Positions 1 to 7,998 of a DNA stretch of 30,852 nucleotides are shown in pieces; position 1 is the stretch's first letter; every line of letters begins with the position of its first letter. The position numbers and the translations under genes are program-made. The notes under the pieces are model-generated. The model was not told the DNA's origin, did no database searches, and saw nothing but the letters and a program-made list of their open reading frames with translations. Origin of the DNA: a virus (lineage: Duplodnaviria; Caudoviricetes); IMG/VR virus record IMGVR_UViG_3300014613_000077, positions 1-30,852 of that record; one strand, written 5' to 3'.

Positions 1-75
1 CGGGGTGAAGCTATGGCTTATGATGAAGCCGCTTTCGTTCAGCTTATCTACAAACACAACCTGACAGGATTCTAA
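1..75 (+). CDS. 3' end of an upstream hypothetical protein (partial)
   Basis: Frame open from base 1 (RGEAMAYDEAAFVQLIYKHNLTGF*); its TAA overlaps the next ATG (TAATG, 73-77). Confidence 0.5.
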   Translation, partial: RGEAMAYDEAAFVQLIYKHNLTGF

Positions 76-587
76 TGAGAGTGATTGATATAACTATTAG
101 CGGCGCTATCTTCTCCGATGATCGGAAGTATCGCTACGCTCTGTGGAGAATGTGGAATCCAGTTCTACCCATCTTGGGGTGTGTAGGTCTCAATCCCAGC
201 GATGCAAACGGGGAAAGGAACGACCCCACAATAAAGAGGGGGATCGTCAGAGGTGGTAGATACGGCTTCGGGGGATTCATTATGACAAATATGCATGGTT
301 TAGTATCCACTGATCCCAATGCTCTGCTTAATAATCCAGACGCCGTAGGCGAATTAAACGATTACTATATCAAGCAGATGGTTGAGCTTACAGAGTGCCA
401 GATTTGCGGATGGGGAAGTTTTAAGCCAGTGAAATACCGAGAGACTGCGGTATATTCCATGCTCAAGAATCCAGTATGTCTGGGTGTGAATGATGATGGC
501 CATCCAAAACACCCTTTGTATGTGCCTTATAGCGTGCCAATGAGAAAGTATGAAATTCCCCACTCCCCGGACATTAGAAAGGGTTGA
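75..587 (+). CDS. DUF1643 family protein
   Basis: Motifs A.FS....YRY.L.R.W, GLNPS.A....NDPT, GWG and CLG.N..GHPKHPLY are typical of DUF1643. Confidence 0.85.
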   Translation: MRVIDITISGAIFSDDRKYRYALWRMWNPVLPILGCVGLNPSDANGERNDPTIKRGIVRGGRYGFGGFIMTNMHGLVSTDPNALLNNPDAVGELNDYYIKQMVELTECQICGWGSFKPVKYRETAVYSMLKNPVCLGVNDDGHPKHPLYVPYSVPMRKYEIPHSPDIRKG

Positions 588-680
588 GGGATGATGCAAA
601 AGAGTAAGCTGCTTACTGCCCTAATGGTCATGGTTAGCATTACTCTCAACGGAATAGATTAATATGGAGGAAGATAAATT

Positions 681-1355
681 ATGTCAGAATCCAGACACAG
701 GAAAGTAGATCGCCAGGAATTATTACGGCGTCGAGAGCGTGAAAAGGCTGATGGTTTGTTCCTCGCTTATAGAAATATGGGAACGGGCCGGACTATCGTT
801 GCCTTGACTGGATTATGTAACCAGATAGGGTTCAAAATCGCCAAATCTACAATTGCTCGCTATTCGATTAAGTATGAATGGCAGCGCAAGCTCCTGGAAT
901 TAGAAAGTTTCGATGCAGAGAGGCGAGAAAAAGATGTAGCCAAAATCGTAGATGATATGAACCGTCAGGATGCAGCTATGGCCCAGGGAATGAAAGGGTT
1001 AGTAGTGGGGGCGATTAGATATCATCAGGACCGGATGAGAAAGCTAGCTGAAAGGCGTCGGCAGCGAGGCGAGGAAGCTCAGCCTATGTTAGATATGCCA
1101 TATCATGATCTAGCGAATATGGCGCGAACAGCGCAGCAGATTGAAAGGTTAGCCCGGGGCCAGGCTACTTCTCGGACTGAGATATGGGTTGATATTGCTC
1201 AGACCGTAGTTAGGGAATTCGTTCTGATTTTCATTGCGATAAACGATATTGAAGATAAGTCTGTAAGGAAGCAGGAGTTTACTCGGCTAGGTGATGAAAT
1301 GATGCGACGATATTACTCAGAGACAACTAAACAGCAATTAGAGGCCGAAAATTAG
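681..1355 (+). CDS. Probable terminase small subunit / helical DNA-binding protein
   Basis: SD GGAGG; N-terminal 'F.AYR.MG..RT.....S.KYEWQ.R' HTH-like region seen in TerS-like proteins, then coiled coil and an 'ERLARG..T' motif; lies upstream of terL. Confidence 0.6.
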   Translation: MSESRHRKVDRQELLRRREREKADGLFLAYRNMGTGRTIVALTGLCNQIGFKIAKSTIARYSIKYEWQRKLLELESFDAERREKDVAKIVDDMNRQDAAMAQGMKGLVVGAIRYHQDRMRKLAERRRQRGEEAQPMLDMPYHDLANMARTAQQIERLARGQATSRTEIWVDIAQTVVREFVLIFIAINDIEDKSVRKQEFTRLGDEMMRRYYSETTKQQLEAEN

Positions 1356-1436
1356 TTCACCTACTATTAACCCTTGCCAAACGGACTATAATATGATATA
1401 TATAGCGTTTAAGAGGGCTATGACAGGTGATCTACA

Positions 1437-1676
1437 ATGTGGAAGTGGGAATGTCAGCATTGTGGGACTCCTTTACGGGAGAGCGGTTTGAATAACGGAG
1501 CTTGCTATCGATGCGGATCGAGGAATCTATCTCCGGTAGAACAGCTATGTTTGCCATTAAAATTCAAAGGAGAGAAAAATGATATTCATAGTAGGTCTGA
1601 TATCGGGCATTATAATCGCTATTCTTCTGGCCGGAATCATAGTTTATACTCAGGTAAAAGCCAAGGAAGAAGCTAA
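1437..1676 (+). CDS. Small Zn-ribbon protein (CxxC...CxxC)
   Basis: CQHC and CYRC pairs, SD-like AGGTGA; the 3' part overlaps the next ORF by about 100 nt, so the call is uncertain. Confidence 0.45.
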   Translation: MWKWECQHCGTPLRESGLNNGACYRCGSRNLSPVEQLCLPLKFKGEKNDIHSRSDIGHYNRYSSGRNHSLYSGKSQGRS

Positions 1677-1827
1677 AAGAATTATCGCCTCCGGGATGCT
1701 TACTGATCTAAAAAAGATAGATCGCATTTTGAACATTCTGGCTAAGACCTCAAACGATCTTGAAGCGACTCGACTTTTTAATCAACTGTATGAACTACGG
1801 CACCAGCGTCTATTAAGCAGGGGTTAA
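1579..1827 (+). CDS. Small membrane-anchored hypothetical protein
   Basis: SD AGGAG; N-terminal hydrophobic helix IFIVGLISGIIIAILLAGIIVY. Confidence 0.7.
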   Translation: MIFIVGLISGIIIAILLAGIIVYTQVKAKEEAKRIIASGMLTDLKKIDRILNILAKTSNDLEATRLFNQLYELRHQRLLSRG

Positions 1828-2001
1828 TAGTACATGATAGACCTGGAAGAGCTATCTGTTTCTATTAAGAATATGACCCGTCGCCAGGAGATTTACAGGA
1901 TACTTAAGCGTGAACTGAGTAAAAGGGGATACTGGAAATCATTACCTCGGGGAAATCCGGTAAAAGGCTTTAAGCAGGGTAGATTAAGCAGGGGTAAATA
2001 G
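1812..2001 (+). repeat. 19-bp direct repeat ATTAAGCAGGGGT(T/A)AATAG at 1812-1830 and 1983-2001, plus a partial copy at 1970-1982
   Basis: 18/19 identity read directly from the sequence. Confidence 0.8.
1834..2001 (+). CDS. 55-aa basic hypothetical protein (not in ORF track)
   Basis: Hand translation MIDLEELSVSIKNMTRRQEIYRILKRELSKRGYWKSLPRGNPVKGFKQGRLSRGK*; fills the gap, with SD-like AGGGG upstream. Confidence 0.65.
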   Translation: MIDLEELSVSIKNMTRRQEIYRILKRELSKRGYWKSLPRGNPVKGFKQGRLSRGK

Positions 2002-2004
2002 ACT

Positions 2005-2667
2005 GTGCAGGATATCGGAAGGCTCTATGATCAGATAGCACAAACCTATGACTCCCTTTATGTTCACCGGTTAGATCATAATGAGAATGTACTTATTTCA
2101 GAAATGCTTTGCGGATTTACTCATGGTAGGGTTCTTGATTTAGGGTGTGGAACTGGATTAGCCCTTTCGCTTAATGGGATAGAACCAAAACGATATTTGG
2201 GAATTGATATTTCAAGAGGGATGATTACAAGAGCAAAGGAGAAATATCCCGACGCCTCGTTTCGGTTAGCTGATATGGTATCTGTTCCGATCCCAGATCA
2301 GAGTATAGATAGTATAATTAGTCTGTTTGGCCCATTCTCTTATGTTGAAAAGCCTATATGGGCTGTAGCTGAGATTAGTAGATTATTACGGCCCGGAGGG
2401 ACCTTCTTTATTATGGCTTATGGATTAGGTCATACTCACAAGAAGGGATATTGTCTCTATCAGCATTCGGTTAGACGATTACTCTATACTACTGAATCGT
2501 TAAGAGATTTGTTTAAGTGGGAATTTACTGATATCGAGACTTATCCCTTTTCCTTTCGTTCTTTACCCATATTGCACCCTTCGCTCTATAAAAGGATCGA
2601 GCGATTTTTAAGACCCTGGAAAGCAGGAGCCAGCTTTATAATTATTACGGGAAGGAAGGAGCTTTAA
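2005..2667 (+). CDS. Class I SAM-dependent methyltransferase
   Basis: Motif I VLDLGCGTG, GIDIS..M, and L.PGG motif; small-molecule MTase-like, without the DPPY/PCQ motifs of DNA methyltransferases. Confidence 0.9.
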   Translation: MQDIGRLYDQIAQTYDSLYVHRLDHNENVLISEMLCGFTHGRVLDLGCGTGLALSLNGIEPKRYLGIDISRGMITRAKEKYPDASFRLADMVSVPIPDQSIDSIISLFGPFSYVEKPIWAVAEISRLLRPGGTFFIMAYGLGHTHKKGYCLYQHSVRRLLYTTESLRDLFKWEFTDIETYPFSFRSLPILHPSLYKRIERFLRPWKAGASFIIITGRKEL

Positions 2668-3815
2668 TGCCAATTCCTAGGTTTATGTTAGATACTAATG
2701 TTTTCGATGCTGCATTGGATCGATTAATTAAGCTATATGAAGAAGGACATAGGGTTGTAGTCTCATTCTCCGGGGGTAAGGATAGTACCGTTTGCCTTGA
2801 ATTATCGCTCCTAGCAGCCAAGTTGACTGATAGACTTCCGGTAGAAGTAGCGATGCGCGATGATGAAATTATGTTTCCAGGCACTTTTGAATATTCAGAG
2901 CGGGTTGCAGCCAGGCCGGAGATAAAGTTTCACTGGATTATTGCTAACCAGCCAGTAATAAATATGTTTAATCGCGCATCACCTTACTTTTGGGCGCTTG
3001 ATCCCTCATTACCGCCAGAGAAATGGGTTAGGCAGCCTCCAGTCTATGCCTATACGATTAAAAAGAACTTTATTGAAGCAATAATTCATCCCGATAAGAT
3101 GCCGCCCCCGGAGGGGAAGAAGCTAATTAGCATTATCGGGTTACGAGTACAAGAAAGCGGGCGAAGACGGCGCGGATTATATTCATCTGGCGGGTATATG
3201 ACTAAAGCGAATCGCTATGGCGTGCTTAATGGTCGGCCGATATATGATTGGACTGATGGCGATGTTTGGAAGGCGATTCTAGATAATAAATGGGATTACA
3301 ACGATGCTTATGATGTAATGCACAGATTAGGAGTGCACCGTAACGCCTTACGTATTGCTCCACCGACTCAAACTGCTGCTTCTATAGGTGCGCTTTGGGT
3401 AGGAGCGAGAGCATGGCCGAAGTGGTTCGATAAGGTTTGCGAACGATTACCAGGAGTACGATCCGCTTCAATGTTTGGTAAAAGATCAATAGAACCAATG
3501 AGGCCATTTAGTAAGACCTGGGAATATACCTATAAAAAGTTTTGTATTGATGAGGCTCCAGAGTGGATCGCACAGCGAGCGATAAAAGTAATGGATGATT
3601 ATTTAAGGAGACACTCTAGCCATTCATCTTATCCCTTCCCCGATATTCTAGGATGCTTAAAGTGCGGTGAACAGTTCGGGAGCTGGAAGCGGTTAGCCCA
3701 AATCATATATATGGGTGATCCGTTTTCCCTAAAGCAATCAGTTCTATCAGCAATAGAGCCAGAGTTCTTTAGGCCGGGATGGGGGACATGGGAAGGGGGA
3801 AAGCCGTCATGGTAA
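2667..3815 (+). CDS. PAPS-reductase-like PP-loop protein (IbrA-like)
   Basis: PP-loop VSFSGGKDS, GLR..ES..R, and PIYDW...DVW motifs; TAATG overlap with the MTase gene. Confidence 0.9.
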   Translation: MPIPRFMLDTNVFDAALDRLIKLYEEGHRVVVSFSGGKDSTVCLELSLLAAKLTDRLPVEVAMRDDEIMFPGTFEYSERVAARPEIKFHWIIANQPVINMFNRASPYFWALDPSLPPEKWVRQPPVYAYTIKKNFIEAIIHPDKMPPPEGKKLISIIGLRVQESGRRRRGLYSSGGYMTKANRYGVLNGRPIYDWTDGDVWKAILDNKWDYNDAYDVMHRLGVHRNALRIAPPTQTAASIGALWVGARAWPKWFDKVCERLPGVRSASMFGKRSIEPMRPFSKTWEYTYKKFCIDEAPEWIAQRAIKVMDDYLRRHSSHSSYPFPDILGCLKCGEQFGSWKRLAQIIYMGDPFSLKQSVLSAIEPEFFRPGWGTWEGGKPSW

Positions 3816-4072
3816 CAAAGTCGTTACTTGTACAGCTAGAACAGGCGAATTGGATTTGGGCGAAGACCTATGCTACCTTTGCGCCTCACTGGTATATCTT
3901 TGAGAAGGATAATTCAGAATTGTTTCCGAAGCTGTCTGTTCTTATTGAAAAGAAAGGGGAAGATAGAAGGTTCCGGAATACCGGTAAAATCTATCGCTAT
4001 CTAGTAATAGGTCAATACCAGTATTGGCGAATAGGCAATATTCTGAACCGAGCTAAGAAAGACGCACGTTAA
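3809..4072 (+). CDS. Hypothetical protein with W..AKT....PHWY motif
   Basis: ATG at 3809 preferred over 3779 (GGGGG SD, short overlap with the previous stop); I recall this motif next to phage PAPS-reductase/ParB genes but have not verified it. Confidence 0.7.
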   Translation: MVTKSLLVQLEQANWIWAKTYATFAPHWYIFEKDNSELFPKLSVLIEKKGEDRRFRNTGKIYRYLVIGQYQYWRIGNILNRAKKDAR

Positions 4073-4080
4073 GGAATCCA

Positions 4081-4926
4081 ATGAAGAAAGAAACAGAAGG
4101 CTTTAATACCTCGCCAGAAGAAACTCAAGAAGCAATTGTACAAAAGGGTATCAGGAAGGGAAAGAAAGAGATTGAGAAGAAGAATAAAGCCCTTGATACT
4201 CTTACCATTGAATACGTTTCGATAGATTCAATCAGACCAAATGATTATAACCCAAACCGCCAATCAGAGCATGATTTTGAGCTACTTTGCCGTTCGATGA
4301 TGGAAGATGGCTTTACTCAGCCTATAATCGTTATTAAGTCGAATAGAGAGATCGTTGATGGTGAGCATCGCTGGCGGGCAGCGAAGACCGTAGGCTATAA
4401 GGAAATTCCGGTCGTATTCGTGGATATGACACCGGAACAGGCCAGAATATCCACGTTAAGGCATAACCGGGCGAGGGGAACTGAGGACTTTAATCTCTCT
4501 GCTCAAGTATTACGCGATCTCCAAAAACTAGGGGCTATAGATTGGGCGCAGGATAGTCTTATGTTAAGCGATACCGAATTAAACAGGATGCTGGATGATG
4601 TTCAGGCAACGGATTTAGCATCTGAAGAATTTTCTCAGGCATGGGAGCCGGATAAGATAATTTCAGATGATATGAATGTTGAAGGCCGGCAAGAAGGTGA
4701 TATTCTTCGTGCTGGAAGCATAGCTGCGGTTAAGGATGTACGCGAGCGAGAACGCCTATTAAGAGAAGCCAAATCGCAGGAAGAACGCCTACAGATCAGA
4801 AAGGATATGGCGATATTCCGGATATCTCTAATCTTCTCTGGTGAGGAAGCCGAGTTAGTAAGGAGTGTACTTGGGACTAAACCGGCCGAAAAGCTGATAG
4901 AAATGTGTAAACTGGTTAAGGTGTAA
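4081..4926 (+). CDS. ParB/Srx-like N-terminal domain protein (IbrB-like)
   Basis: PNDYNPN, GFTQPI, IVDGEHRW and STLRHNRARG motifs match IbrB-type ParB proteins. Confidence 0.9.
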   Translation: MKKETEGFNTSPEETQEAIVQKGIRKGKKEIEKKNKALDTLTIEYVSIDSIRPNDYNPNRQSEHDFELLCRSMMEDGFTQPIIVIKSNREIVDGEHRWRAAKTVGYKEIPVVFVDMTPEQARISTLRHNRARGTEDFNLSAQVLRDLQKLGAIDWAQDSLMLSDTELNRMLDDVQATDLASEEFSQAWEPDKIISDDMNVEGRQEGDILRAGSIAAVKDVRERERLLREAKSQEERLQIRKDMAIFRISLIFSGEEAELVRSVLGTKPAEKLIEMCKLVKV

Positions 4927-6413
4927 TGCCTATTTTAGCGGGTCTTTTACCTTCTCGAATAATCTCGACTAAGGAATCCAGTGGTGAAGACTGGTTAAAA
5001 TCGCCAGCAGATACAGCAGTACATCTTTCACAGGGTAAGTGGAGACACGCTTCCCATGTAGATTTAATCTCTGATGAAATCACCGAATTAGAACACGAGC
5101 CAATATTTCTGATTATAAACGTACCTCCTCGGCATGGCAAATCGCAACTTATCTCCAGGTGGACTCCGGTATGGTTCCTTAAAAAGTGGCCTCATAAGCA
5201 CGTTATCCTGGCATCTTATCAGGCGGGCTTTGCCTCATATTGGGGCGGTGAAGTCAAAGATACCATAGCTTCTAACTCGCATGAGTTGAGGCTGAGTTTA
5301 TCACAGGATACCAAATCGAAAGCTCACTGGAGAATAAGAGGTTATGGCGGAGGGATGATTGCTACTGGTATTGGCGGGCCTATTACTGGGCATGGTGGTG
5401 ATTTGATTATTATAGATGATCCGATTAAGAACCAAAAAGAAGCCATGTCCGTAATTTACCGAGAGAATCTAAAACAATGGTATCGATCAACTCTCCGGAC
5501 TCGGCTACAGCCTAATGGGTCAATAATAATTCTAATGACGCGATGGCATGAAAACGATCTTTGTGGCTGGCTGATTAAATACATGAAGGGTGAACTAGAG
5601 GGCGAAGATGAAATATCTGAAGACTTACCGCATGATCACTGGAAGGTAATAAACCTTAAGGCAATAGCTGATCCTAGTGAAAGTGAGCCCGATCCGCTAG
5701 GCCGTAAGCCGGGCGAGGTCTTATGGTCGGAGATGTATGATGATAAGGCATTAGCTGCCTTGAAAATCTCAGTCGGTCCGTTCTGGTGGGCTGCTCAGTT
5801 CCAGGGAAGCCCTAGGCCCGAGGGCGGAGGTCTATTTAAAGAAGGCTGGTTTAAATATTATGATCCGAAAAAGAGGGATGAACTGAAGCTTAATCGCTTT
5901 ATACAGTTTTGGGATACAGCGCATAAAGAGAATCAATCAAATGATCGGAGTGCCTGTATAACTTTTGCCGAGGGTTTACATGGATATTATATACTTGATT
6001 TATGGGTTGGGCGGCCGATATTTCCAGACTTAGTAAGGCAGACCGATATTGAATATAAGAAGTGGCTTCCTGATTCTGTCGAAGTGGAGGACAAGGCATC
6101 TGGTATTTCGCTGATTCAGCAGTTACGCAGGGATACCAAGATTCCAATTCGAGCAATTAAGGCAGTAGATGATAAGGTTATTAGAGCTAATAGCGTAACT
6201 GGAATTGTAGAAGCGGGTAGGGTATGGTTGCCGGCGAGAGCTCCGTGGTTGAGTACCTTCTTGAGCGAGGTCTGTTCATTTCCGGCAGCGGAGCATGATG
6301 ATATAACGGATACCTTCGTCTATGGTCTGATGCACTATAAGCCTAGGAGGGTAGATTTAGGTAAAATCCCTATAAGTGAAAGAACAGAAAGTAAGTGGAG
6401 AGAACTTAAATGA
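4926..6413 (+). CDS. terL: Terminase large subunit
   Basis: Walker A PPRHGKS, Walker B IIIDDP, coupling motif MTRWH, nuclease motifs WDTA, VEDKASG and HDDITD. Confidence 0.97.
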   Translation: MPILAGLLPSRIISTKESSGEDWLKSPADTAVHLSQGKWRHASHVDLISDEITELEHEPIFLIINVPPRHGKSQLISRWTPVWFLKKWPHKHVILASYQAGFASYWGGEVKDTIASNSHELRLSLSQDTKSKAHWRIRGYGGGMIATGIGGPITGHGGDLIIIDDPIKNQKEAMSVIYRENLKQWYRSTLRTRLQPNGSIIILMTRWHENDLCGWLIKYMKGELEGEDEISEDLPHDHWKVINLKAIADPSESEPDPLGRKPGEVLWSEMYDDKALAALKISVGPFWWAAQFQGSPRPEGGGLFKEGWFKYYDPKKRDELKLNRFIQFWDTAHKENQSNDRSACITFAEGLHGYYILDLWVGRPIFPDLVRQTDIEYKKWLPDSVEVEDKASGISLIQQLRRDTKIPIRAIKAVDDKVIRANSVTGIVEAGRVWLPARAPWLSTFLSEVCSFPAAEHDDITDTFVYGLMHYKPRRVDLGKIPISERTESKWRELK

Positions 6414-6541
6414 GCGAAATCAAGTTTACTAATATAACAGAAATGGCTACTAGCTTAAAGGGATGGACTATTCGGGATGTGAAACAGTTATCTAATAATG
6501 GATTAGCCTTGAGGCTATATCATCCGGCAGCGGAGCATGAT
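6281..6541 (+). repeat. 19-bp exact direct repeat TCCGGCAGCGGAGCATGAT at 6281-6299 and 6523-6541
   Basis: Identical copies, both translated as PAAEHD in two different genes. Confidence 0.85.
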
Positions 6542-6649
6542 ATAGCTCTGACCATAAAGGCAACGATAGAAATGGGCCGGTCCGGTAATATTGTGGTTGC
6601 TAATGAAGGTCTTTTAATCCATGCCGAGGATATAATTGCTGAGCATTGA
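6410..6649 (+). CDS. Hypothetical protein
   Basis: ATGA overlap with terL; SD GGAG. Confidence 0.75.
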   Translation: MSEIKFTNITEMATSLKGWTIRDVKQLSNNGLALRLYHPAAEHDIALTIKATIEMGRSGNIVVANEGLLIHAEDIIAEH

Positions 6650-6674
6650 CATAGGTAGTTACCTGTGTTACCCT
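6646..6674 (+). promoter_or_regulatory. Possible sigma70-type promoter upstream of the portal gene
   Basis: TTGACA-17 nt-TACCCT with TG at the extended -10 position. Confidence 0.45.
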
Positions 6675-6693
6675 AGCGACAAGGGGGCGTAGG

Positions 6694-7998
6694 ATGGAAA
6701 ATAATGGTCATAAAACCGTATATAGTGAGAGGATTACAACTAAACGTAATCCTCTTTTAGCTCTTGGAGTCAGGGGATTAAAAAACCTAGCTGGATATGT
6801 AAATGAAGAATACCTATCTATGCTTCAGTCATGGGATAAAGAAGCTAAGAACTATCTTGAGATGCGCGATGATTGTATTATTGCTACGATGTTGGATGCA
6901 ATCAAACTTCCTCTGTTAAAAGCACCGATAACAGTTGAATCAGTCTCGGAGGGGCTAGAAGATAAACTGGCTGCTGAATTTCTGGAAAAGAATATACATA
7001 ATATGAATCAGCAGCTATGGCTAGATCATGTTCAGGATATGCTTGAGTGCGTTGAATTTGGTTTTGCTATAGCCGAGATAACTCTGGAAAAACGAACCGA
7101 TGGTCATATCTGGATCAAGAATCTCGATCCCCGGGGCCAGGAGACTTTATATAAGTGGGGCTTTGGCGAAGGATCAGAAAGGGATACAACTAAGATATTC
7201 TATCAGCGTGATCCTGATAGCGGAGAAATCATGGAGATTCCGCTAGAAAAGTGCGTTCATGTTACTATGAGGGGAAGGAAGGGGAATCCGCAGGGCCATG
7301 CTTTATTACGCTCATTATTTAGGCCATGGAGAATGTGCCGCGATCTGGAGAATCTTGAGGCTATCGGAGTTGAAAGAGATGTAGGCGGTATGCCAGTAGC
7401 CAAGTTACCAGAAGGAAATATATCTGATAGCGATATGACCGATCTCAGAAATGCCTTAAAATCCCTTCGGATTGATGAAGCTTCGTTTCTAGTCTTACCC
7501 TTTGGGGTTGACGTTGGGCCTTATGGATCAGGAAATAAAACATATGACGTTTCGGTTATCATTGAACGTCTACAGAAGATGATCTTGGGCCGAGCATTTG
7601 CTCAATTCCTGAAGTTAGGCATGGATAACGTAGGTACTCAGGCATTGGTTAAAGGTAGCCAGGCGTTCTTTCAGTTACATCTAGGCGCAGTTCAGCAGGC
7701 TATTCTACCAGCATGGAATCAGCAGCTTATTCCGTATCTATTCCAGTATAATCACTTTCCGGGGATATCCGGTTATCCGAAATTAGCTTGGGCTGATCCC
7801 GGGCAGATAGACATAAATAATATTGTTCAGGCATTGGAAAAGGCTGCCGGGATAAAAATATTTACGCCAACGGATACTGATGAAGATAATCTGAGAGAAT
7901 TGATGAACTGGCCCGAATTACCGGAAAGCGAAAGGGGTATTCCTAGGGAACCGGAGAAGCCAAGTCTCTTAGATATTATAAAGACAGGTACTAAGTGA
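6694..7998 (+). CDS. Portal protein (DUF935 / Mu gp29-like)
   Basis: Follows terL; GF...EI, GNP.G..LLR..., ERD..GMP motifs; 434 aa. Confidence 0.88.
   Translation: MENNGHKTVYSERITTKRNPLLALGVRGLKNLAGYVNEEYLSMLQSWDKEAKNYLEMRDDCIIATMLDAIKLPLLKAPITVESVSEGLEDKLAAEFLEKNIHNMNQQLWLDHVQDMLECVEFGFAIAEITLEKRTDGHIWIKNLDPRGQETLYKWGFGEGSERDTTKIFYQRDPDSGEIMEIPLEKCVHVTMRGRKGNPQGHALLRSLFRPWRMCRDLENLEAIGVERDVGGMPVAKLPEGNISDSDMTDLRNALKSLRIDEASFLVLPFGVDVGPYGSGNKTYDVSVIIERLQKMILGRAFAQFLKLGMDNVGTQALVKGSQAFFQLHLGAVQQAILPAWNQQLIPYLFQYNHFPGISGYPKLAWADPGQIDINNIVQALEKAAGIKIFTPTDTDEDNLRELMNWPELPESERGIPREPEKPSLLDIIKTGTK

Noticed and set aside
591-662. 23-aa hydrophobic ORF MMQKSKLLTALMVMVSITLNGID
   Set aside because: Fills the gap and could be a real peptide, but it is too short and the SD spacing too poor to support.
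1374-1402. Promoter-like TTGCCA / TATAAT / TATATA
   Set aside because: TATAAT (1387-1392) is only 7 nt from TTGCCA, and the correctly spaced hexamer lacks the final T; ambiguous.
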